In this document: piece after piece, positions 47,693 through 57,071 of the stretch
Position numbering within the stretch: the stretch's first letter is position 1
Layout: each line of letters begins with the position of its first letter
NCBI GenBank assembly: GCA_041661385.1
Contig: JBAZUP010000001.1
Coordinates: 7,382 to 71,381 of the forward strand
Length of the DNA: 64,000 bases
DNA from: Patescibacteria group bacterium
GTDB lineage: Bacteria > Patescibacteriota > Patescibacteriia > Magasanikbacterales > GWA2-37-8
Direction: 5' to 3'
Program-made: the position numbers and the translations under genes
The notes under the pieces: model-generated
What the model saw: only the letters and a program-made list of their open reading frames with translations
What the model was told of the DNA's origin: nothing
Database searches by the model: none

Positions 47693-48433
47693 ATGGAAAA
47701 AATAAAAAATAAAGTTATGAAGTGGCTTGGTACCAACCCGACCATATTTTCTCTCAGAAAAAAAGTTGGAGAAATTTTGGTTGAGTATTATGGGACAAAG
47801 AATGGATTTATATCTTTTTTTGATGATCCGCTCAGTAACAAAGGTCTTATTTTGGTAAGGCAAGTTAGAAAAGAAACTGAGTCTAGTATGAAAGATCAAG
47901 AAGCGCTTTTTATATACACCACAGTTGTAAAAACCGAAAAAATTCCTGGGGACGTTGCCGAAGTCGGGGTCTATAAAGGCGGTTCAATTAAACTCATTTG
48001 TGAAGCCACAAAAAAGCCAATACACGCATTTGATACTTTTGAGGGTTTGCCGGATTTATCCGAGCACGATAATCCGCAACAATTCCATAGGGGTGACTTT
48101 TCTTTTTCATTAGAAAGTGTTAAAAAATATCTAAAAGATTACACAAATATTTCTTTTTATAAGGGGCTTTTTCCTTTTACTGCCGAACCTGTAAAAAACA
48201 AAATGTTTTCGTTTGTTCATTTTGATGTGGATATTTATGAATCCACTTTGGAGTGCCTGAAATTTTTTTACCCTAGGATGAATAAGGGAGGTGCTATTAT
48301 AAGTCATGATTATTTTGGTGCACCCGGTGTAACAAAAGCATTCGATGAGTTTTTTGCGGATAAGCCAGAAATAATAATTACACCATTTGGCACGGGTCGT
48401 GCCACTGGTCAGTGTCTAGTTATTAAAGTGTAA
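47693..48433 (+). CDS. TylF/MycF family sugar O-methyltransferase
   Basis: GDVAEVGVYKGGS, FDTFEGLP, HFDVDIYEST, HDY; own promoter TTGCTA-N17-TATAAT at 47634-62. Confidence 0.9.
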   Translation: MEKIKNKVMKWLGTNPTIFSLRKKVGEILVEYYGTKNGFISFFDDPLSNKGLILVRQVRKETESSMKDQEALFIYTTVVKTEKIPGDVAEVGVYKGGSIKLICEATKKPIHAFDTFEGLPDLSEHDNPQQFHRGDFSFSLESVKKYLKDYTNISFYKGLFPFTAEPVKNKMFSFVHFDVDIYESTLECLKFFYPRMNKGGAIISHDYFGAPGVTKAFDEFFADKPEIIITPFGTGRATGQCLVIKV

Positions 48434-48463
48434 TATTGCATACTTATTACTTAAATTAATAGA

Positions 48464-49801
48464 ATGATTGATAAAATTAGCGTTGCTTCCCTCGCCAGCG
48501 ATATGGGTATAGGGGGAGTCGCGAGAGAAATAGTTACAATAAACAAGAATCTGAATAAGGAATTCTTTAATCATTTTGTAATTTCAATGGGACCAAGAGA
48601 CGATGTCCGGTCGAAATATATTGATGAAGATAAAATTTTTTTTATTTCTAATCCCAAAGAAATAAGCCAAATATTGGAAGAAAATAAGATTAATGTTTTG
48701 TATGCGCACAGACATGGCAGAAACGAGGCAATCTACGACGCAATTGCCAAGGAAATTAGCGATAATGTAGCGCTTTTGGAAATGAATACCTTTAGTGTAT
48801 TGGACAAAGGATTTTTTGGCCAGCGATGTGAAAAACATGTTTTCGTTAGTCGGACTAATTTGTTAAAATATTGCGTCCAAAACAATATAAATTTTGATTT
48901 TAAAAAACTCAAGACGGTTTTTGGGTTGGTTGATTGTAATCGTTGGTTAGAAAATGTGCCTACAGAAACAGAGGTAAAAGAGTATAAAGAGAAACTGGGC
49001 CTGGAAGGAAATTTTGTGGTGGGTAGGGCGGCTAGACCGGTAATGGGAAAATGGGACGATGAGATGTTGGTAATGTGGAAAAGGCTTAGCAAGATGAACA
49101 ACAAAATTAAATTTTTAATTTATGGGGTTCCAGAGGAGCGAAAGCAATTGCTAATGGCTGCTGGCAAGGCCGAAAATTTGATAATGCTTGAACCAACATC
49201 TTCGGATAAAGAACTTAGACTTTTTTATTCTGCAATCGATGTCTTCGCTCATGATAGTAGGCTTGGGGAATGCGCCTGTGCAACAATTGCGGAGGCGATG
49301 CTTTTTAAAAAGCCGGTTGTAGTCAAATCTACTCCATTTCCTAGATTTACGTTGGGAAGAAGTCATACAAATGATAATGGTCAAATAGAGCAGATTAAAA
49401 ACGGAGAAAATGGCTATGTGGTTGTCGGTGGAGTTGCCATGGCCGAAGCGATTAACTATTTATATAACCACCAAGAAGAAGCCATACAGATGGGGGAAAA
49501 AAATAATAGAGAAGTTTTAGATAAATATAATGCCAAAATAGGCATAAAAACCTTTGAAAAAATATTTATTGATAGTGTTTTAGATAAAAAAATTGACGTA
49601 GCGTCTAATATTTTCGCCTATTACAATTCCAATAATTTTTTTCCGGACGAACACAGTACGAGAGACTGGTTTAAGGAATATTATAGGCGGCTTGAAGATA
49701 TCTTCGGTAAGGAGTATTCTAGTTCTGTCTCGGAAAAATGTTTGTTGTATTATTTGAAATATAAGAGAAAATTTGAAACATTGCTAAAAAAAGTACTATG
49801 A
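48464..49801 (+). CDS. GT4-like glycosyltransferase
   Basis: GIGGV, VVGRAAR, FYSAIDVF..GE...TIAEAM..KPVV, IKNGENG. Confidence 0.8.
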   Translation: MIDKISVASLASDMGIGGVAREIVTINKNLNKEFFNHFVISMGPRDDVRSKYIDEDKIFFISNPKEISQILEENKINVLYAHRHGRNEAIYDAIAKEISDNVALLEMNTFSVLDKGFFGQRCEKHVFVSRTNLLKYCVQNNINFDFKKLKTVFGLVDCNRWLENVPTETEVKEYKEKLGLEGNFVVGRAARPVMGKWDDEMLVMWKRLSKMNNKIKFLIYGVPEERKQLLMAAGKAENLIMLEPTSSDKELRLFYSAIDVFAHDSRLGECACATIAEAMLFKKPVVVKSTPFPRFTLGRSHTNDNGQIEQIKNGENGYVVVGGVAMAEAINYLYNHQEEAIQMGEKNNREVLDKYNAKIGIKTFEKIFIDSVLDKKIDVASNIFAYYNSNNFFPDEHSTRDWFKEYYRRLEDIFGKEYSSSVSEKCLLYYLKYKRKFETLLKKVL

Positions 49802-50517
49802 AAGCGATGATTTTGGCTGCGGGCGAGGGGGTCCGACTTCGCCCCCTTACAAACAATATTCCTAAAGTAATGGTCAAAATTGATGGTAAACCTCTTTTGG
49901 AACACAATGTGAATTTAGTCCGTAGTTATGGGGTGCGGGAGATAATTACCAATGTTCATTACAAGCCAGAAATTATAAGTAATTATTTTCAAGACGGAGA
50001 CAAGTTTGGCGTATCTATTTTCTATTCTAAAGAAAAAGAACTCCTGGGCAGTGCCGGCGGAATAAAAAAGGTTGCCAACAAATTAAATAAAACGTTTTTT
50101 GTTTTGTATGGTGACAACTTAAGCAACTGCAACCTAAAAGATCTTCTCACAACTCACAAGAAGAATAAAACTATTTGTACCCTAGTAATTTTTGATAAGA
50201 TTAAGAATAAAAACACTGGTAAAGGTGGAGGTAGAATTTTGTTAAATAAGGATAAAACAGTTAGACAATTTATTGAGAATGGAGAAGAAATCAGTAATTT
50301 TTGCAATGCGGGAATCTATGTGCTTGAACCGGAAATATTTAAGTATATTCCTAATGGAAAAAAATTTGATTTTGGTAATGATGTTTTCCCTTTGCTTCTG
50401 AAGCGCAATATTAAAATAGGTACCTACAAATTAGGTAAAAAAGGGTATCTTTATGCGTGTGATACTATGAAGTACTACCGACAAACACAAGATTTTTTTA
50501 AACATAATGTATTATAG
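49798..50517 (+). CDS. Sugar-1-phosphate nucleotidyltransferase (HddC-like), copy 1
   Basis: LAAGEGVRLRPLT..PK, LGSAGG, YGDN, NAGIY, DFGNDVFP. Confidence 0.85.
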   Translation: MKAMILAAGEGVRLRPLTNNIPKVMVKIDGKPLLEHNVNLVRSYGVREIITNVHYKPEIISNYFQDGDKFGVSIFYSKEKELLGSAGGIKKVANKLNKTFFVLYGDNLSNCNLKDLLTTHKKNKTICTLVIFDKIKNKNTGKGGGRILLNKDKTVRQFIENGEEISNFCNAGIYVLEPEIFKYIPNGKKFDFGNDVFPLLLKRNIKIGTYKLGKKGYLYACDTMKYYRQTQDFFKHNVL

Positions 50518-50591
50518 GGGCTTTGCCCATATAAACTCATTCGTTTGAAAATATTTCAGCAAGCTAAATATTTTACTCACTCATTTCGTTT
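50512..50591 (+). repeat. Structured motif, copy 2, abutting the hddA ATG
   Basis: Homologous to 29321-29396. Confidence 0.75.
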
Positions 50592-51584
50592 ATGATTTTA
50601 ACCAGAACGCCACTGAGAATTCCTCTCGGCGGAGGGGGGACCGACCTTCCGACTTTTTATCAACAGCACGGTGGATTTGTGTTTAGTGCAGCTATTGATA
50701 AGTATATGTACATAAGCATTGTTCGGCCAATTTTGGATTCGTTAGTTCGTATCAAATATTCGCGCACCGAGGTTGTAGAAAATGTGACACAGGTGAAGAA
50801 TCAGTTGGCACAAGCAGCTTTGGAATATTATGGAATCAAAGATAAAATTGAAATTACATCAACGGCCGATGTGCCGGCGGGGACGGGAATGGGTTCGTCT
50901 GGGTCATATTTGGTTGGGCTTTTAAAAGGACTCCAAGCATTAACGCGCCAGAGTTCCAGTGTTCAAGAGTTGGCGGAATTGGCTTGCCATATTGAAATTG
51001 ATTTATTGCGCAAACCCGTCGGTAAACAGGATCAATATTTAGCTGCGTATGGTGGTTTTACGGTACTGAATATAGATAAAAATGGGTTAGTGCAGGTCTC
51101 GGAGGCAGCCGTATCTCATGAAATAGCCGAAGAATTGCAGAGTAAATTATTATTATTTTTTACCGGCATAACTCGTGATGCTATGGTTATTCTGAGCGAG
51201 CAAGGTGTTGCGGTAGAAAAAAAAGAAAGCGATGTTACAAAATCTTTGTTGCGGATTAAGGAAATTGGTCTGGAAATAAAAAGCTCCATCGAAGCTGGAA
51301 ATTTGGATAATTTTGGCAGATTAATGGATGAGCATTGGAAGGTGAAAAAAACCATGTCCACAAAAATGTCTGATCCAAACATGGATAGGCTTTATGAATT
51401 AGCCAAAGAGCGAGGAGCTTTGGGTGGTAAAATTATGGGGGCGGGCGGCGGCGGATTTTTTGTATTTTATTGTCCAGGAGAAAAAGAGAAAAAAGGTGTA
51501 CGTGATATTATGAAGTTAAATGGTCTGGTGGAAATGCCGTTTAGTTTTGAAAAAGAGGGGGCAAAAACGCTGGTCGGTTTTTAA
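50592..51584 (+). CDS. hddA: GHMP sugar kinase, D-glycero-D-manno-heptose-7-phosphate kinase-like
   Basis: RTPLRIPLGGGGTD, PAGTGMGSSG, GKQDQY, GKIMGAGGGGF. Confidence 0.85.
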   Translation: MILTRTPLRIPLGGGGTDLPTFYQQHGGFVFSAAIDKYMYISIVRPILDSLVRIKYSRTEVVENVTQVKNQLAQAALEYYGIKDKIEITSTADVPAGTGMGSSGSYLVGLLKGLQALTRQSSSVQELAELACHIEIDLLRKPVGKQDQYLAAYGGFTVLNIDKNGLVQVSEAAVSHEIAEELQSKLLLFFTGITRDAMVILSEQGVAVEKKESDVTKSLLRIKEIGLEIKSSIEAGNLDNFGRLMDEHWKVKKTMSTKMSDPNMDRLYELAKERGALGGKIMGAGGGGFFVFYCPGEKEKKGVRDIMKLNGLVEMPFSFEKEGAKTLVGF

Positions 51585-51607
51585 TTTAATCCTAGTAGTT
51601 TTGTTAT

Positions 51608-52357
51608 ATGAAAGAGAATAAACCTTATTCTGCGGAATACGCAAACAACATGGAGCTTCGCCGGTATTTCTCTGACCTTGCCTTGAGTCATTTAAGTTTA
51701 ATTAGATTACATAGCGAAAGCGGGCATTTGCCTAGCCTGAAAAATTTAACGCCGGAACAGATAGTGGCAAATATTGAATCAAGCGGACAAGAAGATTGGT
51801 CAAATGTGGTACGGCATTGCTTGGCTGAAGCTGGCGCGGCAGACGCCTTGGCAAATTTATTAGGTTTGTCTGAAGAAGAAAAAGAAGATTTGGTTCAGGC
51901 GGCTATTTTGCATGATTTTGATAAAAGAATTGAAATAGAAACTCTAAGTGGTACTCAGGGAAAATATACGCAGGCCGCGGCAGAGTTTAAATTGGTAAGC
52001 AAGGAAACTTTGCAAAAGAAAGGAATAAAACCGGAAATTATTAATATTATTAACGTGATTGGCGATGTTGATGGTATTCAAAACGAAAATACAAATTTGT
52101 CGCAGAAAATCATGTTTTACATTGACAATATTACCGATGAGACTAATTTGGTAGGTGTAAAAGTTAAGCGTGGCCGCCTAGTTAAACGCTATCCAAAATT
52201 TGCTGAAGAAAATGAATATATGGATAAATGGGTGAGCAGCACCGAAGCGGTGCAGAAAGAGCTTGCCGAGAAGATAGGTTTACCCAACCCAGAAGAATTA
52301 CCCGATTTTATTTTAACAAAAATCAAGCAGTTGGCCGCAGAACAATCTCATAAATAA
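51608..52357 (+). CDS. HD-domain protein
   Basis: RHCL....ALANLLGL....AAILHDFDK....YID. Confidence 0.75.
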   Translation: MKENKPYSAEYANNMELRRYFSDLALSHLSLIRLHSESGHLPSLKNLTPEQIVANIESSGQEDWSNVVRHCLAEAGAADALANLLGLSEEEKEDLVQAAILHDFDKRIEIETLSGTQGKYTQAAAEFKLVSKETLQKKGIKPEIINIINVIGDVDGIQNENTNLSQKIMFYIDNITDETNLVGVKVKRGRLVKRYPKFAEENEYMDKWVSSTEAVQKELAEKIGLPNPEELPDFILTKIKQLAAEQSHK

Positions 52358-52372
52358 GCTTGATAATAAAAG

Positions 52373-52399
52373 CGCGAGATAGGGAGGACCTATCTCGCG
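52373..52399. terminator. Hairpin between the convergent HD and radical SAM genes
   Basis: CGCGAGATAGG-gagga-CCTATCTCGCG, preceded by an A tract (U tail on the minus strand). Confidence 0.65.
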
Positions 52400-52407
52400 T
52401 ACTACAT

Positions 52408-53943
52408 TTATTTTGCAAGGCGTTGATCGCCAATCTCTCTTTCTTTACGTCGCCGTTTGTAGTCTTCGGTATTCACCGTTTCCCACGCCCAATCGCGCAG
52501 TATGACCACTTCCTCCGGCGGCACTATTGTATTTTTCATTACAGCATTTTTCCAATTCATCGTGTCCGGATCGAAATCCGGCGATAAATGGCCTCCTTTT
52601 ATTGCAATGCTGTAAAGTTTGCTCCCAGGGAACGGGATGGGAATGAAGAATGTTACGTGTCTCGCGCCAGCGTCGATGAGTTTTTTTGCGAGCTCAACAG
52701 TCTCATTCATTTCAGCTTTCGTTTCATCGGGGAACCCAATCATCATATTGACGGGGCAGTTGATCCCGATTTTCACGGCTTCGCGCACTAGTTCAAGCAC
52801 GTTGAGCTTGTCATGACGAAGTTTGGACGAGGCGTATTTGTCCAGAATGCGTTGATTTCCAGATTCAACCGGAAAGACGATTTCATTAAATCCGGCCGCA
52901 CTCAGGATTTCCAAATATTCCACGTCTGGCTTTAGTCGCCCAGTTGAGGTCGGGATACCAAAGTGGACGAGGTTTACGCCGTTTATACCGCTAATCTTCA
53001 GTCCGAGACCCGCGAGGCGATGAAAAAGGTCTTTGATTCGAGCTTTTTTGGCGAGGAGACTATCATCCTCAATGTAGAGGTGGGTTACTCCAAGCGCCAA
53101 CAGTATCTTTAGTTCCTCCATAACGCGGTCGATGGATTTGAAACGCAACGAACCAGTACCACCAGTGAGGGAGTCCGTCTCACGCTCTTCACTGATATGA
53201 CAGTAAGCGCAATGAAATGGACAGCCACGGGAGGTCATGATTGAGGCGTAACGCTCTCGTTGATCGGTCATGGGGACGCTGCTGTGGGGGCTGTTGATCT
53301 CGTCATACTTGGCAAATGGCAGCAGATCCCATGCAGGAATCGGCAGCTCATCAAGATTACTCGAGATCAAATTCGGCGTCACCGGACGAGTTATGACGGA
53401 TCCCTTGTGAAGATACTTAATTCCGTCAACTTTGTCGAACGAGGAATTTTGCTGCCAGGCGCGGACGAGATTAACGATAATTTTTTCACCCTCGGTAAGG
53501 ACTACAACGTCCACCAAGCGGCTTGCAAAGAATCGTTCTGACAGCGCGCGGGCATTAACACCACCTGCGATAACCAAGGTATTTGGGTTTACTTCCTTAG
53601 CAATTTTGGCCACCTCCAGAGCCATATTGGTCTGGGGCGTAAAGTTGTTGCTGATGCCCACTATATCGTAGCTACCTTTGGTAAAATATTCCCGCAAGCG
53701 ATCCGCGGTCATACCAATACGCGTAAGGCCGTTTGGCAGAAGAACACGGTTGTGGAATGTATTACTAAGGTAGTCTTCATTTGTTCCAACTGAAGCGTCC
53801 AACAAATCAACTTCAAATCCTGCTCGACGAAGGGCGCCGGCAAGGTACAATGGGCCGAGCGAGCCATCCGGTCGTGGCATTTCAATTGCCATTAGTTGAT
53901 TGGGTGGATAGACCAAAAGAATCTTCGGTTGAAGCTTTGACAT
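52408..53943 (-). CDS. Cobalamin-binding radical SAM enzyme (class B methyltransferase-like)
   Basis: LGPLYLAG, VIAGGVNA, EGE, TSRGCPFHCAYC, EDD, ESG, IGFPDET, PFPGSKLY; promoter TTGACT-N17-TACAAT (54002-53974) and AAGGAG SD. Confidence 0.92.
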   Translation of the reverse strand: MSKLQPKILLVYPPNQLMAIEMPRPDGSLGPLYLAGALRRAGFEVDLLDASVGTNEDYLSNTFHNRVLLPNGLTRIGMTADRLREYFTKGSYDIVGISNNFTPQTNMALEVAKIAKEVNPNTLVIAGGVNARALSERFFASRLVDVVVLTEGEKIIVNLVRAWQQNSSFDKVDGIKYLHKGSVITRPVTPNLISSNLDELPIPAWDLLPFAKYDEINSPHSSVPMTDQRERYASIMTSRGCPFHCAYCHISEERETDSLTGGTGSLRFKSIDRVMEELKILLALGVTHLYIEDDSLLAKKARIKDLFHRLAGLGLKISGINGVNLVHFGIPTSTGRLKPDVEYLEILSAAGFNEIVFPVESGNQRILDKYASSKLRHDKLNVLELVREAVKIGINCPVNMMIGFPDETKAEMNETVELAKKLIDAGARHVTFFIPIPFPGSKLYSIAIKGGHLSPDFDPDTMNWKNAVMKNTIVPPEEVVILRDWAWETVNTEDYKRRRKEREIGDQRLAK

Positions 53944-54173
53944 GGCTATCTCCTTGTTGTGAAGGTTGTTTCGATTGTATGTTGGTTTTTAGTAAAAGTC
54001 AAGGGTAATACCCCGCCTGAATTTAAATTCCAAATTGTCAAATTTAGGGTCAGTTTTTAGCTTATTTATCAGAAAAGACAATTTATTGGTACAAGTATTT
54101 TTTATTGACTTTTTTGACTAAAAAAGTTATATTAGTATTGATTAAAATAGTTGTATTTTCTTTAAAGAAGCTT

Positions 54174-54779
54174 ATGACAAGTATAGATTATATATCAACT
54201 TATCTATCTGGGGTTAGCGAAATTGCAAAGAAAATTGATAAGGATGCGATCGAAAGGGCCGTCAGTTTGATTTTTGAGACCAGAAAACGCAGTGGCAGGT
54301 TATTTATTCTCGGAGTCGGTGGAAGCGCCGGAAATGCGGGTCATGCGGTTAATGATTTCAGAAAATTAGTTGGTATTGAAAGCTATGCCCCAACGGACAA
54401 TGTTTCGGAGTTAACAGCCAGAACAAATGATGATGGTTGGGATACGGTTTTTGTAAACTGGTTAAGAGGCAGTAGGTTGAAATCGGAGGATTGTATTTTG
54501 GTATTGTCGGTAGGTGGTGGAAATGAGGAGAAAAATATTAGTGGTAATATTGTTAAAGCATTGAAATTCGCTAAAGAAGTGGGTTGCAGTGTTTTGGGTA
54601 TTGTTGGTCGTGACGGAGGTTATACTGCTAAAGTTGCGAATGTTACGGTTCTCATTCCGATTTATAGCCCTGAAACCGTTACTCCTCTCTCAGAGGCATA
54701 TCAGGCGGTGGTGTGGCATCTGCTTGTTTCAAGTCCAGCCTTGAAGGTTCAAGAAGCAAAGTGGGAGTCAGTGAAATAG
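54174..54779 (+). CDS. gmhA: SIS-domain phosphosugar isomerase (GmhA-like, divergent)
   Basis: GVGGSAGNAGH, TARTNDDG, SVGGG...SGNIVKA, GRDGG. Confidence 0.75.
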   Translation: MTSIDYISTYLSGVSEIAKKIDKDAIERAVSLIFETRKRSGRLFILGVGGSAGNAGHAVNDFRKLVGIESYAPTDNVSELTARTNDDGWDTVFVNWLRGSRLKSEDCILVLSVGGGNEEKNISGNIVKALKFAKEVGCSVLGIVGRDGGYTAKVANVTVLIPIYSPETVTPLSEAYQAVVWHLLVSSPALKVQEAKWESVK

Positions 54780-54781
54780 TT

Positions 54782-55351
54782 ATGAGTAATAAGGCAATAT
54801 TTTTAGATAGAGATGGCACAATTATAAAGCATGTCGAGCTAATGCACTCCGTTGACGATTTGCGTTTATTGCCTGGTTCCGCAAGTGCAATCAATACGTT
54901 TAATCGATTGGGGTATTTGGTGATTATCGTTACTAACCAGCCAGTAGTGGCGCGAGGTATAGTCGAACCAAAGGAGATTGATAAAATACACGAAGTCTTA
55001 ATAGAAAGATTGCACGGTAGGGGGGCGCACATTGATCGAGTATATTTTTGTCCGCACCACCCAGAAGCGACTGTTTCGGAATATCGATTGCGGTGTCTGT
55101 GTCGTAAACCTGAACCCGGTATGATTTTGGAAGGTTTAAAAAGTCTAAATATAAATCCTGATCAAAGTTTCATGATTGGTGACGCCTTGATTGATGTGGT
55201 CTCTGGGAAAAAAGCCGGTTTAAAAACAATTTTAGTAAAATCCGGTCCTGGACATGCGCGTTTGGACGAAAAATTTAATGATATAAAATCCGATTTTACC
55301 GTTAATACTTTGCTTCAAGCGGCGAAAATAGTAATGGCTAATACTATTTAA
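54782..55351 (+). CDS. gmhB: Heptose-bisphosphate phosphatase (HAD-IIIA)
   Basis: FLDRDGTI, VTNQ, CPHHP....CLCRKP.PGM, MIGD...D. Confidence 0.92.
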   Translation: MSNKAIFLDRDGTIIKHVELMHSVDDLRLLPGSASAINTFNRLGYLVIIVTNQPVVARGIVEPKEIDKIHEVLIERLHGRGAHIDRVYFCPHHPEATVSEYRLRCLCRKPEPGMILEGLKSLNINPDQSFMIGDALIDVVSGKKAGLKTILVKSGPGHARLDEKFNDIKSDFTVNTLLQAAKIVMANTI

Positions 55352-55355
55352 TTTT

Positions 55356-56078
55356 ATGGCGAGCATAAAACAAGCCGTTATATTATGCGCCGGCCTAGGA
55401 ACTCGTTTGCGACCGCTTACTGACACCCTGCCAAAACCCATGATACCATTTTTGGATAAACCGCTTTTGGAATGGAATATCGAAAAGTTTAAGAAGCACG
55501 GAGTAAGAGAATTTTTTATAAATCTATTTTACTTGCCGGATGTTATCCGGGATTATTTTGGAGATGGCGCAAAGTGGGGTGTTAAAATAAATTATTTTCA
55601 AGAGAAAAAAATCTTGGGGACTGCTGGGGGGGTAAAAAACTTCGCTAGTAAGTTGAATCAAAATTTTTTTTTAATTTACGGTGATATACTAAGCTTGGTG
55701 GATTATTCCAAAATGGCCGGCCGATTTTCTGAATACTCAGACGCCATCGGTATGCAGATAATGCAGAGAACAGATAATTATGTTGATGCTGATGTGGCCG
55801 AACTGGCAAAAGATGGCAGCTTTACGAAAATACATCCAAAACCGCACAGCGAGAAGTATTCAAATGCGTATCGCATGAAAGGAGTGTTTATTTTGAGTAA
55901 AGAAATTCTAGATTATATTCCAGTAGATACTTTTTACGAAATTGGAAAGCAACTTTTGCCCAATGTGGTAAGTGCTGGAAAAAGATTTTATAGTTACGAG
56001 TGTGCAGATTATACTAAGGGTATTGATACGATGGATAAGTACCGGGAAGTGGAAGAGTACTTAAGGAAAAGTATTTAA
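55356..56078 (+). CDS. Sugar-1-phosphate nucleotidyltransferase (HddC-like), copy 2
   Basis: LCAGLGTRLRPLT..PKPM, LGTAGG, YGD. Confidence 0.85.
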   Translation: MASIKQAVILCAGLGTRLRPLTDTLPKPMIPFLDKPLLEWNIEKFKKHGVREFFINLFYLPDVIRDYFGDGAKWGVKINYFQEKKILGTAGGVKNFASKLNQNFFLIYGDILSLVDYSKMAGRFSEYSDAIGMQIMQRTDNYVDADVAELAKDGSFTKIHPKPHSEKYSNAYRMKGVFILSKEILDYIPVDTFYEIGKQLLPNVVSAGKRFYSYECADYTKGIDTMDKYREVEEYLRKSI

Positions 56079-56088
56079 TTGAAATTTC

Positions 56089-57054
56089 ATGAAGTTGTCA
56101 AAAATAAACAAACCAAGAATTCTTTTGGTCGGAGCCGGAAAATTTGGCTGGAAACACCTGCTTGTTTGGCAAAAGCTCGCTAGTCGTGGTTTGGTTACTT
56201 TTGTTGGTGTGGTTGTGAGGGATCCGGTTATAAGAAAGAAAGTCGGCGCTCTTAAAGTGCCGGTATTCTCGAAATTAACTGATGAAATTTTAAAGACTGT
56301 TGACGCTGTTGATATTGTGACTCCAGCGGGCACCCATTTTGATTTGGCAAAAGAATGTTTGATTCATACCAATGTTTTTTTGGAGAAACCGATGACTTTA
56401 TCAGCTCAGGAAGCCCGGGAACTCAACCAGATTGCGGCAGAAAAAAACCGTTATCTGGCACTCGGCCATATATATCGTTTCAATGGTGCTATTCAAAAAT
56501 TAAAAAAAATAATGGCCGCGAGTCCCACCAAACCATTTTTTATAGAATCTACCTTCGTCGATATACCGTCAAAGTTGCCTAACGATTGCGGCATCCTATT
56601 TTCCGATTTACACGGTTTTGATATTTTAGATTATCTGTTGGAATCGTCGCCAGAGTTAATTTACGCAATCGGCAGTCGTCGAAGTGCAACTGAGCGCTTT
56701 GAAAACAACGCAACTGTTTTACTTCGTTATCCAAATCATGTTGATGCCGTGGTAAAACTCAGTTGGACCGCAGTACCCAAAACTCGTTCAATGACGATTC
56801 TGTTTCCCGATAAGAGAATTTTTGTTGATCTTGCGGATCAAATCATTACAGTTACCACGTTGCGAGGTATAAAGAAGATTGGCTGCTTTAAAACCATGCC
56901 ACTTGAGGCCGAACTCGCAAATTTTGTGGAAGTTTTAAAAAATAAGCCGGTAGTATATGCAGATGGAACGGTAGGACTCAGGCTCGTCCATCTCACCAAG
57001 GAGATAGAACGTTCATATCGGGAAAACCGGCCAATTTCATTTCATTCTTTGTAA
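56089..57054 (+). CDS. Gfo/Idh/MocA family oxidoreductase
   Basis: VGAGKFG, TP..TH, LEKP, GHIYRFN, DLHGFD. Confidence 0.9.
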   Translation: MKLSKINKPRILLVGAGKFGWKHLLVWQKLASRGLVTFVGVVVRDPVIRKKVGALKVPVFSKLTDEILKTVDAVDIVTPAGTHFDLAKECLIHTNVFLEKPMTLSAQEARELNQIAAEKNRYLALGHIYRFNGAIQKLKKIMAASPTKPFFIESTFVDIPSKLPNDCGILFSDLHGFDILDYLLESSPELIYAIGSRRSATERFENNATVLLRYPNHVDAVVKLSWTAVPKTRSMTILFPDKRIFVDLADQIITVTTLRGIKKIGCFKTMPLEAELANFVEVLKNKPVVYADGTVGLRLVHLTKEIERSYRENRPISFHSL

Positions 57055-57071
57055 TCTATGTTATATATAAT

